Part shown: positions 27,313 through 37,033 of the stretch, piece by piece
Layout: every line of letters begins with the position of its first letter
Position numbering within the stretch: the stretch's first letter is position 1
Assembly: GCA_942490895.1 (NCBI GenBank)
Contig: CALNZC010000046.1
Span: forward strand, 21,335-85,334
Length of the DNA: 64,000 nucleotides
Direction of reading: 5' to 3'
Source of the DNA: an uncultured Saprospiraceae bacterium
GTDB taxonomy: Bacteria > Bacteroidota > Bacteroidia > Chitinophagales > Saprospiraceae
Notes under the pieces: generated by a model
Told to the model about the DNA's origin: nothing
What the model saw: only the letters and a program-made list of their open reading frames with translations
Databases searched by the model: none
Made by a program: the position numbers and the translations under genes

Positions 27313-28581
27313 ATGTCCAACCGCACCATCTGGCGCATCGTCCTTTTCGGAGGCCTTTCCATCATCGGTATTCTCGGGTTTCAATCCTATTGGTTCCTGC
27401 GAACCTGGGATTTCAAGGACCAGGAGTTTCAACAAAGTGTCCACATCGCGCTGATCAACGTGGCCAGAGAGATCGCTCGTTACAACAAGAGTGAACTGCC
27501 GACCTATGACCTGGTCAAAAAGCTGAACTCCAACTACTATGTCGTCAATGTCAACGATGCCATAGATGCTGGCGCACTGGAATACTACCTCCGCAAGGAG
27601 TTTGAAGCCGTCGCCCTGAGCACCGACTTTGAATATGCGATTTACGATTGCGCCAGTGACCGGATGGTCTATGGTAACTATTGCACATTCAGCAATAAGG
27701 AACCCACCAACCTGCAGGAGAACACCCTTCCGAAATACGACCAGTTCCTGTATTACTTCGGCGTCCGGTTTCCCGGCAGGACCAGCTTCATCCTGGAAAA
27801 CATCCCTGCCGCTCTCATCTTTTCGGGTATCCTTCTCATTACCATCCTCTTCTTTTTGTACTCCTTGTATGTCATATTGCAACAGAAACGATTGTCCGAA
27901 CTCCAGAAGGACTTTATTAATAATATGACCCACGAGTTCAAAACACCGATCTCAACAATTCGCATCAGTTCGGAAGTCCTGATGAAAGACCCGATGATCA
28001 GCCAGGACAATCGCCTGAGCCGATATGCGAACATTATTCGGGAACAGAATCAACGCTTGAACGACCAGGTGGAAAAAGTCTTGCAATTGGCCCGGATCGA
28101 AAAAGGGTCTTTTCAAATCAAACAGGAACCTCTGGACCTCCATGAGATCCTCGAGGCAGTAGTGCCAGGCGTTCAGGTCAAGGTTCAGGAGTTGGGTGGC
28201 CAGATGGAAACTGTATTCCAGGCACAACATACCCGTATTCATGCCGATCCACTCCACTTGCAGAATGTGATCAACAACCTCCTGGACAACGCTATAAAAT
28301 ACAGCAGAGAGGTGCCCAACATCCGGATCACCACACGCAACGTTGCCAATGCCCTGCAATTGATCATTCATGATGAGGGAATTGGCATTCCGAAAGACGA
28401 TCAAGCCAGAGTTTTTGGCAAATTCTTTCGTGTTTCAACAGGAAATGTCCATAATGTGAAAGGTTTCGGCCTTGGATTATTCTATGTCAAGAGCATCTGC
28501 CAGGCACATGGCTGGGATATTCAGTTGCACAGTGAAGTCGATAAATTTACCCAGATTACCATTCAAATACCCGTGATATGA
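27313..28581 (+). CDS. Sensor histidine kinase
   Basis: Start at MSNRTIW (ATG at 27313). Two TM segments, H-box FINNMTHEFKTPISTI, N-box NLLDNAIKYS, G-boxes DEGIGIP and KGFGLGL. ATGA overlap with the response regulator gene. Confidence 0.9.
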   Translation: MSNRTIWRIVLFGGLSIIGILGFQSYWFLRTWDFKDQEFQQSVHIALINVAREIARYNKSELPTYDLVKKLNSNYYVVNVNDAIDAGALEYYLRKEFEAVALSTDFEYAIYDCASDRMVYGNYCTFSNKEPTNLQENTLPKYDQFLYYFGVRFPGRTSFILENIPAALIFSGILLITILFFLYSLYVILQQKRLSELQKDFINNMTHEFKTPISTIRISSEVLMKDPMISQDNRLSRYANIIREQNQRLNDQVEKVLQLARIEKGSFQIKQEPLDLHEILEAVVPGVQVKVQELGGQMETVFQAQHTRIHADPLHLQNVINNLLDNAIKYSREVPNIRITTRNVANALQLIIHDEGIGIPKDDQARVFGKFFRVSTGNVHNVKGFGLGLFYVKSICQAHGWDIQLHSEVDKFTQITIQIPVI

Positions 28582-29276
28582 GCCAGGATACTCCTCAGAT
28601 CTTGTATGTCGAAGATGATGAAAGCCTGAGCTTTGTCACCAAGGATAACCTCGAATTACAGGGTTATGAGGTGACCCATCACGCGGATGGGAAAAAAGCC
28701 CTGAAAGACGCTACCAAGAAGGTCTTTGACCTGATGATCCTGGATGTTATGCTACCCGGTGTCGACGGATTTACCATTGCAGAAGAAGTCCGTAAAGTCG
28801 ATACAGATGTACCCATTCTCTTTCTGACTGCAAAATCCCTGAAAGAAGACCGGATCCACGGATTGAAGCTCGGAGGAGATGATTATATCACCAAGCCATA
28901 CAGCATTGAAGAGTTGATCCTCCGCGTGGAGGTGTTCCTCAAACGCAAGAAACTCTTCAAACCCAAAGAGATCAAGGATGTCTATTCCATTGGTAAACTG
29001 GTCCTCGACTATCGCAACCTGCTACTACTGAATGGGGAAGACAAAAGCTCGATGACCCAGCGAGAGGCCGATTTACTGCGTTTCCTGATTATGCATAAAA
29101 ACGGGGTGCTGAAACGGGGTGACATCCTCAAAGAAATCTGGGGAGAAGATGACTACTTCCTGGGGCGTAGTCTGGACGTGTTTATCTCCCGATTGCGCAA
29201 ATACCTCAAAGCCGATCCAACCCTGACCATCGAAAACATCCATGGTGTGGGATTCAAACTGGTGGATGAAGCATGA
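28578..29276 (+). CDS. OmpR-family response regulator
   Basis: Receiver domain ILYVEDDESL...DLMILDVMLPGVDG...LTAK, with winged-helix output LTQREADLLRFL...VFISRLRKYL...IHGVGFKL. Confidence 0.92.
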   Translation: MSQDTPQILYVEDDESLSFVTKDNLELQGYEVTHHADGKKALKDATKKVFDLMILDVMLPGVDGFTIAEEVRKVDTDVPILFLTAKSLKEDRIHGLKLGGDDYITKPYSIEELILRVEVFLKRKKLFKPKEIKDVYSIGKLVLDYRNLLLLNGEDKSSMTQREADLLRFLIMHKNGVLKRGDILKEIWGEDDYFLGRSLDVFISRLRKYLKADPTLTIENIHGVGFKLVDEA

Positions 29277-29490
29277 GGGTAAGGAGTGGTGGTTTGGAGG
29301 TTATGAGTAGAGAAGTGGAGAAGTCGAGGAGATCAATATGGTTCCGGGATGGAACTCAATAGAAGGCCCCGGGTGAGGAGGTTATTCATTGAGTTAAAAA
29401 GAAGGAAAGTTCAGCCGGCTCGGAGCGTGCCTTGGAGACAAACATATTGCCATGAACCACACCAACCCTGGAGGGGTTGAATATACTTAG

Positions 29491-29562
29491 CCCCGGGTGT
29501 AAACCCGGGGTTATCATTCAGGAAATACCCGTTTTGGCGGCATTTTTGCCCCCGCAAAAATG
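29491..29562. terminator. Two GC hairpins in a convergent intergenic region (possible bidirectional terminators)
   Basis: CCCCGGGT-GTAA-ACCCGGGG (29491-29510) and CATTTTTGC-CCCC-GCAAAAATG (29541-29562), between the 3' ends of the response regulator and the FAD oxidoreductase. Confidence 0.4.
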
Positions 29563-29672
29563 ATGACAAAACAACCCCGGGACGTCCATTTTAACCTGGT
29601 ATCACCCTTTTCAGGAGAACATTCAGATTAGACAAATACATATTCTCCGCGTCCTGGCGTTTTCCGGTACAC

Positions 29673-30923
29673 TTAACGAAACCGGTCAGGGCGGAATGAG
29701 GCCAGGGGCAATTGGGGTTCTGATCCGGTGAGGATATCGGCAATCAATTGTCCGGTACCCGCCCCAAGGGTCAGTCCCAGCATCGCATGGCCTGTTGCCA
29801 TCGTCAGGTTCTCCAACCCTGGCCATCGCCCGATATAGGGCAGGCCATCCGGCGAGCAGGGACGCAGCCCGGACCAGGGCTGGATACCGGAGAAATCAAC
29901 CTCCCGAAAAGCGGGAAGGCATTCCCGCACCACATCCAGGATTCGCTCAACGCGCAGTGGATTGATGGACAGATCGGTTCCGGCCAGCTCCAGGGTTCCG
30001 GCAAAACGCAGCTGATTACCCATAGGGGTAACCGCCACCTTATGGTCGGCAATAATAAAGGGATGGTGAGGTAAAATCGGAGGATTGTCCAGGGTGAAAC
30101 TGTACCCTTTTGCCCCTTGGATCGGCAAGCGCATGTCCAATGATCGAGCGAGCTCCCCAGACCAGGCGCCACCACTCAATACGATCTCATCCGCCTCCAG
30201 ATCGCCTTGTTCGGTTTTCACAGCCACAATGCGACCCTTCATTTTACGGAAGGATGTGACTGTTGTATTGGGTAGAATCCGTACTCCTGCTCTTAGAAGT
30301 TCTACCTGCAATCCGGAGATATACCTTCCGGGGTGTAAATGTGTATCTCCTGGATACCAAACCCCGCCGACCACATCCAGATCCAATTCCGGGTTCATGT
30401 CGCGTACCTCCCTCGCGGATAAGACTTCCACTGGCAGACCCACCGCACGTGCATGCTCCGACTCAGCAGTCTCTTCTTTCAGATGCTGGAGCGTCCGGCA
30501 AGCCATCAACAACCCTTTCCGGGCATAGGAGGCTTGGATGCCTGTTTCCTCCAAAACGCCTTCAAGTGCCCTTTGACTCAGCAGGCTCAATTCAGCTAAA
30601 GCCCCTCGGGAGGCCATCAAATGCCGGTGATTCGCATGCCGCATGAACAACCAGACCCACCGCCAGAGGTTCGCATTCATTCGGGGCTGGATATAAAACG
30701 GGGCCTTGGGGTCGAGCATCATACTCATCCCCTTGGTGATCATACCCGGAGCGGCCAAGGGGACAACATGACTCGGACAGATATACCCTGCATTCCCAAA
30801 AGAGCAATTAGTGATCAGATCTCTCTGATCGATCAGCGTCACATCATGACCAGACCGTTGCAGAAACCAGGCACAACTCTGACCGACGACTCCGCCGCCG
30901 ATGATGAGAACTGATGAGGGCAT
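29673..30923 (-). CDS. FAD-dependent oxidoreductase (DadA / D-amino-acid dehydrogenase-like)
   Basis: Start at MPSSVLIIGGGVVGQSCAWFLQRSGHDVTLIDQ (Rossmann GxGxxG). DAO-family length and C-terminal GH..GL pattern. Confidence 0.85.
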   Translation of the reverse strand: MPSSVLIIGGGVVGQSCAWFLQRSGHDVTLIDQRDLITNCSFGNAGYICPSHVVPLAAPGMITKGMSMMLDPKAPFYIQPRMNANLWRWVWLFMRHANHRHLMASRGALAELSLLSQRALEGVLEETGIQASYARKGLLMACRTLQHLKEETAESEHARAVGLPVEVLSAREVRDMNPELDLDVVGGVWYPGDTHLHPGRYISGLQVELLRAGVRILPNTTVTSFRKMKGRIVAVKTEQGDLEADEIVLSGGAWSGELARSLDMRLPIQGAKGYSFTLDNPPILPHHPFIIADHKVAVTPMGNQLRFAGTLELAGTDLSINPLRVERILDVVRECLPAFREVDFSGIQPWSGLRPCSPDGLPYIGRWPGLENLTMATGHAMLGLTLGAGTGQLIADILTGSEPQLPLASFRPDRFR

Positions 30924-31235
30924 AGATGAGTATTCAGCCCTCAAAATGAGGAAAGGACTGGAATAATTCATCCGCAAAGGGCACTAAGTCGAAAATTGGA
31001 ATTGCAAATCCGGCAGGTGCTCATGTACACCTCGGGTGATCAACAGAATGTGAATGCCCTGACAAGCTGCTCAAGATCATTCTGAATACCGACAACCATC
31101 ATTGCATTTTGATCAATATTGGCTACAAATTAGGACGGATGCCAGATATACACTCGGCAGATTTCCAGCTCATTTCAGTTGACTTCAGCACGTTGTTCTG
31201 GCCTCCGGAACAATTTTATCACTATTTCAAAAACC

Positions 31236-32906
31236 ATGCAAATCATGAAAAATTCCCTACTTTTTCTTTTGTTCCTTATTGGCATGATGTCATCAGCATT
31301 TGCGGTCACAGATATTTGCAATATCGAGATCACTCCGGATGCTCGGGCTTCAGCCTTCAGCAACGGTGAGTATGTCAATGTTAATATCGACTACAGCACT
31401 GATGAAGTCGATGGTATTCGAATATTTGCCCGTCCATTTACAAATGGAGATCTCACACCGGAATATAGTGCAGCAGGATCTACTGTCCTTTTTGGAAGTG
31501 GTACCAAAAATAGCAACTTTACCATCACTCAAGGGAATGTCCTCGTGGATGAAATTCGAATTACAGTATTCAATGGAGATCAATCCGAATTACTGTACAG
31601 AATGTACATTCCAGTACATTTCAGCTTCGGAACAACCGGAGTAAATCACTTCACGTTCTCCGATGATCCCGATCTGTCTTCACTTCTGTTGAATGAGACG
31701 TTTACAACCACCTTCGAGTATAATGTTTCTTATCCCGGTGGAATCCTGGTATTTATCCGCCCATTTACAGATGGCAATCTGACCCCGAATTATTCAGCTT
31801 CCGGGTCTAACACCTATACAGGCACAGGGGCTGCCAGTTCCAATTTCACATTTGATTCTGGTAATAATATTCATGTTGATGCACTTCGGGTTCGAATCAT
31901 GAACACGGACCAATCGGTCATCATTGATGAGTTCTTCATTCCAGTCAATCTTCACTTCAGTACAACCAAAATCACGGATATCGTCCCTGAAGCAGGTATG
32001 TTTCCATTCAACAACGAAGACCGTGAAATTGTATTCAACTATTCCACAACAGAAGCTGCTGGGGTCCTCATCTTCCTCAGGCCATGGACCAATGGATTGT
32101 TGACAACCGATTACACCGCCTCTGGATCACTTCTATATATGGATTCTGGTACAGGATCGGGAAGCTTCTCTGTCGCTTCTGGCAACCAGAGAGTCGACCA
32201 TGTTCGATTCCGAGTCACCAACAGTGATCAATCAGAAGTGCTCTTGGAAATGTTCTACCCTGTTGAATACACATTTGGCAATTTCTTAGTTCGTGATATT
32301 GTCCTGTGTCCATCACCACCTGCACGACTGGAACACGGAACAAACGTGAAGGTGAACTACAATTACCACAATGATGAAGGAGTGAATACACTGGTATTCG
32401 TTCGCCCATTTTCCAATGGCGTGATTTGTCCGGATTATTCCGCATCTGGATCACAGACATATCCAGCAGGATTGGGATCGGCATCGGATAATTTTACGCT
32501 CAATTCAGGAAATGTCCTGGTGGATCAAATTCGTTTCCAGGTGAAAACCGAAGATCAGTCCACCATACTGGCTGAATATTTTATCCCTGTGCAATACCAA
32601 TATGGAGAGGCTACTGTAGCGACATCCAATCCGGATAATATGGTGGAAGCCATTCAGCTTTATCCAAACCCTGCAACTGACGGTACAACCCTCATGCTAC
32701 AACTGAATCAAAACCAGCGTGTGCATGCCTCGATTTTAAATCTGACCGGACAATATGTTCAGGATCTGGGTGCACGTGATGTTGCAGCAGGCCACCCTGA
32801 AGTTTGGCAGATTGATGGTACCAATCTCTCTAGTGGGCTCTATCTCATACAGGTTGAAAGTGATGCATTCACAACCACTCGAAAACTGATCATTTCGAAA
32901 GAATGA
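31236..32906 (+). CDS. Secreted protein with five roughly 95-aa tandem modules and a T9SS (Por) C-terminal domain
   Basis: Signal MQIMKNSLLFLLFLIGMMSSAFA. The motif (I/V)F(A/I/L)RP(F/W)TNG.LT(P/T).Y(S/T)ASGS recurs 5 times. C-terminus LYPNPATDGTTLMLQL...LSSGLYLIQVES...RKLIISKE. Confidence 0.8.
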   Translation: MQIMKNSLLFLLFLIGMMSSAFAVTDICNIEITPDARASAFSNGEYVNVNIDYSTDEVDGIRIFARPFTNGDLTPEYSAAGSTVLFGSGTKNSNFTITQGNVLVDEIRITVFNGDQSELLYRMYIPVHFSFGTTGVNHFTFSDDPDLSSLLLNETFTTTFEYNVSYPGGILVFIRPFTDGNLTPNYSASGSNTYTGTGAASSNFTFDSGNNIHVDALRVRIMNTDQSVIIDEFFIPVNLHFSTTKITDIVPEAGMFPFNNEDREIVFNYSTTEAAGVLIFLRPWTNGLLTTDYTASGSLLYMDSGTGSGSFSVASGNQRVDHVRFRVTNSDQSEVLLEMFYPVEYTFGNFLVRDIVLCPSPPARLEHGTNVKVNYNYHNDEGVNTLVFVRPFSNGVICPDYSASGSQTYPAGLGSASDNFTLNSGNVLVDQIRFQVKTEDQSTILAEYFIPVQYQYGEATVATSNPDNMVEAIQLYPNPATDGTTLMLQLNQNQRVHASILNLTGQYVQDLGARDVAAGHPEVWQIDGTNLSSGLYLIQVESDAFTTTRKLIISKE

Positions 32907-32966
32907 TATGATGGCTGGTGGGTTGAATGAGATTCACCATTAATGTCATTCGCCCTTTTGTAAAGT

Positions 32967-33002
32967 GCGGACGAAACTCGCCCCTACGCGAGATTCGTCC
33001 GC
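32967..33002 (+). terminator. Long perfect hairpin after the T9SS repeat-protein gene
   Basis: GCGGACGAA-A-CTCGC-CCCTAC-GCGAG-A-TTCGTCCGC. The loop carries the CCCTAC core seen in the REP modules. No clean U-tract follows. Confidence 0.5.
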
Positions 33003-33037
33003 CTTTCTAATTTCCGCTTTCCTGATTTCTCATTCCT

Positions 33038-33176
33038 GATTTCTTACGCCCCTTCAGGGCTTTGGATGAGGGTTGGTTCCAATCATCCCGCGTTGCGGGA
33101 TGCTCAGTTCTCGCGCCCCTTCAGGGCTTGCCAAGTGATCAAGCAAGGTCAATCCTTCCAATTTCCGATTTCCGCC
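33038..33176 (+). repeat. About 130-nt direct repeat, copy 1 (two CGCCCCTTCAGGGC hairpins + GC-GTT-GC hairpin + TTCCGATTTCCGC tail)
   Basis: Aligns by eye with 33751-33880 in the same orientation. Confidence 0.8.
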
Positions 33177-33277
33177 CATCATGGCTGGATTTGCTGACTG
33201 GAATGGCCTGCATTTTTAATTCCGATTCATGTTAAGATATCACTACGGATTGAAGAATTCATTCTACGTCCTAGTGT

Positions 33278-33647
33278 GGCAGTTTCACCCCTACGGGGCG
33301 ACTGTTTCTTTCAGTGGCCTGTACTATAAACCTTGTACCCCTACGGGGCACTTTGTTTGCGATTGATTTGTACAGACTCCTGAAGTATAAAATTATTTCA
33401 AAATCATGGTCTGCTTTGAGTCACTGGCCATTGCCCATAGGGGTCCAATTTGGGATTCAAATTTCCGGGTTAGACCTGCACAGGTCAGACAAGACAATTG
33501 AATATCCCATTTGTGTTCTGAACATTGCTTTTGCCAAACGTGAATCGTCCTTCTGACGCCACTAGTCCCTGGCCCCGTAGGGGTCAAAGGTTTATAGCAA
33601 AAAATATATCCTGTCCAATCGGCCCCGTAGGGGTCGAACTGCTGCTG
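33278..33647. repeat. Solo REP-doublet element with the same architecture as the 17.6-19.3 kb units
   Basis: A GGCAGTTTCACCCCTACGGGGC (33278-33299), B CTATAAACCTTGTACCCCTACGGGGC (33324-33349), B' GGCCCCGTAGGGGTCAAAGGTTTATAG (33571-33597), A' GGCCCCGTAGGGGTCGAACTGCTGCTG (33621-33647). Confidence 0.85.
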
Positions 33648-33750
33648 TTCAAATAATTCAAATTTTTTAAACTCTGGGAATAGGCCTTTCCATAAATCGG
33701 CTCCATTTTCCTCAACAGATCAGGTTTTCCTGCTCCAAGTTGGGCAGTAG

Positions 33751-33880
33751 GATTTCTTGCGCCCCTTCAGGGCTCTTGAATGAGGCAATTCATTTGGTTG
33801 GGCGTTGCCCAACCCTGGGTTATTTCGCCCCTTCAGGGCTTGCCCAACGATCAGGCAAGGTCTAGCCTTCCGATTTCCGC
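33751..33880 (+). repeat. About 130-nt direct repeat, copy 2
   Basis: GATTTCTTGCGCCCCTTCAGGGCTCTTGAATGAGG...GGTTGGGC-GTT-GCCCAACC...TTCGCCCCTTCAGGGCTTGCCCAACGATCAGGCAAGG...CCGATTTCCGC. Parallels copy 1. Confidence 0.8.
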
Positions 33881-33982
33881 ATTCTGACTTATTCATTATC
33901 CCCGTCCCTGAGTCTCTCCGGCACAAGGTCTCATAGCCCTTCCGATTTCCCAATTCCTTCCGCCACAGCGGGCAGGCATTCC

Positions 33983-34564
33983 TCATTCCTCATTCCCAAT
34001 AAGGTCCTTCTCCAACAGTCCGTAAATATGGCTATCCAGAAATTGCCCATTGTAATAATAGTTTTCCCGGAAATGCGCCTCCTTTTGAAAACCTGCACGG
34101 AGTAGAAGTGAAGAAGAAGCCACATTGTCCACATTGACGTTTGCCTCTATGCGATGTAATCCCATCTTCTGAAAAGCGTACGGCAGAACCACAGTCAGCG
34201 CCTCGCTCATAAATCCTTTGCGCCAATACTTCGGATGCAGAGAATAGCCAATCTCTCCAAATGCGTGTTCCTCATCCAGGCGCCAATAGCCCACATCACC
34301 CAGATACTTCTGGTCCTCTTTCCGAACGATCGCCCACAACAGCGCTTTTCCAGCCTCCATGCTGGCAACTCCTTCTTCAAGCTTTTCCCTCACTTCATCG
34401 ATCACGGCCGGCATAGGCCGGTCGATATAGCGCATGACCTCCTTGTTGGTCCGCTGGATGTACTTCTCCTCCATGAATCGCAGATCCATTCGGGTCAGAA
34501 ACAGGCGCTCTGTTTCCAGTTCGGGAAAGGGGTGGAAGGCTGATTTTATAAGGTGTTCCGACAT
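33983..34564 (-). CDS. GNAT family N-acetyltransferase (RimJ/RimL-like)
   Basis: Start at MSEHLIKSAF (ATG at 34564). TERLFLTRM, GDVGYWRLDEEHAFGEIGYSLHPKYWRKGFMSEAL, HRIEANVNVDNVASSSLLLRAGFQKEAHFRE. Confidence 0.85.
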   Translation of the reverse strand: MSEHLIKSAFHPFPELETERLFLTRMDLRFMEEKYIQRTNKEVMRYIDRPMPAVIDEVREKLEEGVASMEAGKALLWAIVRKEDQKYLGDVGYWRLDEEHAFGEIGYSLHPKYWRKGFMSEALTVVLPYAFQKMGLHRIEANVNVDNVASSSLLLRAGFQKEAHFRENYYYNGQFLDSHIYGLLEKDLIGNEE

Positions 34565-34942
34565 ACAACACAAGATAAGGGAACCAAGATTTCTCTTGTC
34601 TCTCGCAAAGGCCCAGACGCTGCGGTCTGGATCCGGACATCCCGCTAAAAGCGGGATCGTCCGGGCGCAACGGCGCAAAAATCAAAGAGGCGCAAAGAAA
34701 TCATGGATGGAAGTTTCTTCCATTCTCAATGTCTCTTCATCATTTTTCACTTGCCTGAGCACTCGGGCGTAGGCTGTCCGATCTTCAATATCCGGATGTT
34801 TGCTGATGACAAAGTTCCAAGTTGTGTACAGGTTGGGAGGTAGCCTAAAACGCTTAGCTGCTTGCCTGCCGTAGGCACGGTTCAACGTTCAAAAAGGAGC
34901 TGACGCTCCTTCTGTTCAATGTTCAACGTGAAACACATTAAA

Positions 34943-35147
34943 CTTTGAACTGGCTGGCCGTCAGGCCATGCCTTAAACATTGAACAGCCCATCGGCACCA
35001 TACTGCCAATCCCAAAGACAACCAGGAACCATGCCTTAGTACTCAGGACACTTTGATCATTGAACTGGCTCCCCGAGACTTCGGGGACGTCTTGAACATT
35101 GAACAGCCATTCTTCAATCCACTGCCAATCTCCAAAACAACCAGGAA
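34943..35147 (+). repeat. Two copies of a roughly 90-nt direct repeat with conserved flanks and a different embedded hairpin
   Basis: Both copies share TTGAACTGGCT-[hairpin]-G(C/T)CTT(A/G)AACATTGAACAGCC...ACTGCCAATC(C/T)C(C/A)AA(G/A)ACAACCAGGAA. The hairpin is GGCCGTCAGGCC in copy 1 and CCCCGAGACTTCGGGG in copy 2. Confidence 0.7.
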
Positions 35148-35192
35148 TGCGGAACAGATCTTCCCGCCAGGGAAGATCGCAGGAACTAGGAA

Positions 35193-36806
35193 TTACAATC
35201 CAAGCTCCCTTCCTTTCGGATACTTCACCTTGTAAGTAAAGCGCAACTCCTGATTCTGGCCGGGCGACAAGTCGAGATTCCAGGTGATGATACCAGACTC
35301 TTCATCCAGTTTTCCACCGTTGCCGATTTCGCTTTTCACCTCGATCTCCTTGTCCTGACTCACCGGGATCTGATCCTGGAGGCGGATATTTACCCTGCCG
35401 GTCTTGTTGTTCTTCACCTTGATCACCCAGGTAAAGGTTTCCTCTACCTTATTGCCAAAGAAGTTCTTGGCGCTCTTGTCCTTCACCTTGTCGCGCTGGA
35501 TAGCGATACCGATATCCGCACCCAGGGATACCTGAAGGCTGTCGCCGGCTTGACGGGTATTGATATACGTCTCGCCGATATAGGTTTGGCCATAGTAGAT
35601 ATTGGCTTTTCCACTGGTCATATTCAACTCTTCAAAATCCTGAACGGTAGCTGTCAGGAAAGCCAGTGCATTGCGTTTGGGTGCGACGATGTACTGGTAT
35701 TCAGCATCTGTTGTCTTTTTCTCGAGCAGGACGGTGTAGGGCTTGCCATCGGCAGGGATATCAAACTTCTCTGTCAGCGCAAATTCGGTGGTGGTGAGGT
35801 TTTCAGAACTCTCTCCAAGAGCGATGCCATCTCCCGTAATGCGCACACCATCAAGATAGTAATTGGTGGCTTTCTCTCTGGATCCACGAACATTTGCAGC
35901 GTCCATTTGAAGTCCTGCTGCTTGACTTGCTAACATTGGCTGTTGAAAATTCACCCACCATGGATAGAGTACAGGCAAGGTATTATTACGTGAAGGATCT
36001 CCAGTAGAAAGGGTCAGGTCTACCCCCGTCCAGTCTTCTCCCGTGCGGTTGTACACCTCTCCTTTATAATCGATATCCAGGGGTTTATTGATCTCATCTA
36101 CACGAATATCAAAAGTGCTCTGCCAGTTGGCATTGGTGGTCAGATAAGTGATCTCCATATCCGCTGCCCCACCTGACTTGGACGTCAACCGAACGACAAT
36201 GGTGCGCGCATTATCCGGGCGGAGGCGCTGACGCATTTCGGCTTGCTGCTTTTTGAGCTTGTCGATTTCCTTTTTGGACTCAACCAACTGATCCGAAATG
36301 CCAATTTTCTCGGTTTTAATCGCTTTTAGTCGCGTGCGGAAATACTCGGCCATCTTCTGCAAAGCCAATACATCGAGACCGGATTGTTCGCCACCAACCT
36401 TTTTATTGGTCAGCAAAAGAGATTCCTCCTCATTCAGGACCTCCAAACTAGCCTGGTTGGACTTCTGCTCCTTTTCGAGTTGATCGATCCGCACTTGCAA
36501 TTTTGTAAAGGCATCAGGCATGGGCAATTCCGCCAGGAATTCCCGGGTAGAGGTAACACTCAGAATGGTGAACCCCTTGCTGACCCTCGCCTGCAAACTG
36601 TTATCATCAATAGAAGGTGATAAGGCTGGAAACTGAAGTTCCACTGGACCGGAAGGCAGGGTGACCCGGGCTGTTCGGGTGACCGTGGCCCCGGAGCGAT
36701 ACACTTTTACATCACGGATTGATGACGAAACCGTTACAGGGTCATTTGCGATCAACAGACCGTTCGTCAGGAAGATCATCAGAAAAAAGAGGGTACGCAT
36801 AATCAT
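35193..36806 (-). CDS. DUF4140/DUF4139 (mucoidy inhibitor MuiA-like) secreted protein
   Basis: Signal MIMRTLFFLMIFLTNGLLIA. N-terminal VKVYRSGATVTRTARV pattern, a central coiled coil, and a C-terminal beta-rich region ending RFTYKVKYPKG, as in this family. Confidence 0.75.
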   Translation of the reverse strand: MIMRTLFFLMIFLTNGLLIANDPVTVSSSIRDVKVYRSGATVTRTARVTLPSGPVELQFPALSPSIDDNSLQARVSKGFTILSVTSTREFLAELPMPDAFTKLQVRIDQLEKEQKSNQASLEVLNEEESLLLTNKKVGGEQSGLDVLALQKMAEYFRTRLKAIKTEKIGISDQLVESKKEIDKLKKQQAEMRQRLRPDNARTIVVRLTSKSGGAADMEITYLTTNANWQSTFDIRVDEINKPLDIDYKGEVYNRTGEDWTGVDLTLSTGDPSRNNTLPVLYPWWVNFQQPMLASQAAGLQMDAANVRGSREKATNYYLDGVRITGDGIALGESSENLTTTEFALTEKFDIPADGKPYTVLLEKKTTDAEYQYIVAPKRNALAFLTATVQDFEELNMTSGKANIYYGQTYIGETYINTRQAGDSLQVSLGADIGIAIQRDKVKDKSAKNFFGNKVEETFTWVIKVKNNKTGRVNIRLQDQIPVSQDKEIEVKSEIGNGGKLDEESGIITWNLDLSPGQNQELRFTYKVKYPKGRELGL

Positions 36807-37033
36807 TCGTTTATCATGTTCATCATAGTGTAGAGACAAGGCTCAACTGCAGTATTCGGTTCATCAACGGTGTAATGGAGGTCTTTCGTGTGTAGCCAGT
36901 AAAAGCGATGTCCGGTAGTGTTCCAAACATACAAATGTACACCCATCAACTCTTCTATGAAGATGCAAGAAGGGTCAACTTTGGTGGTTAGAATGTCCAT
37001 TTACCTTATCCGGTGTATTTTCGGATGGATGTC

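Noticed and set aside
27271-28404. Minus-strand ORFs 27271..27933 and 27952..28404; likewise 42275..43072, 50869..51453, 53033..53551, 62083..62520
   Set aside because: Each is antisense to a well-supported gene (histidine kinase, uvrA, prfA, E1 dehydrogenase, amidohydrolase).
33314-33556. 80-aa ORF in the core of the solo REP-doublet element
   Set aside because: No RBS or motif is present, and it lies wholly within a repeat element. It is probably non-coding.
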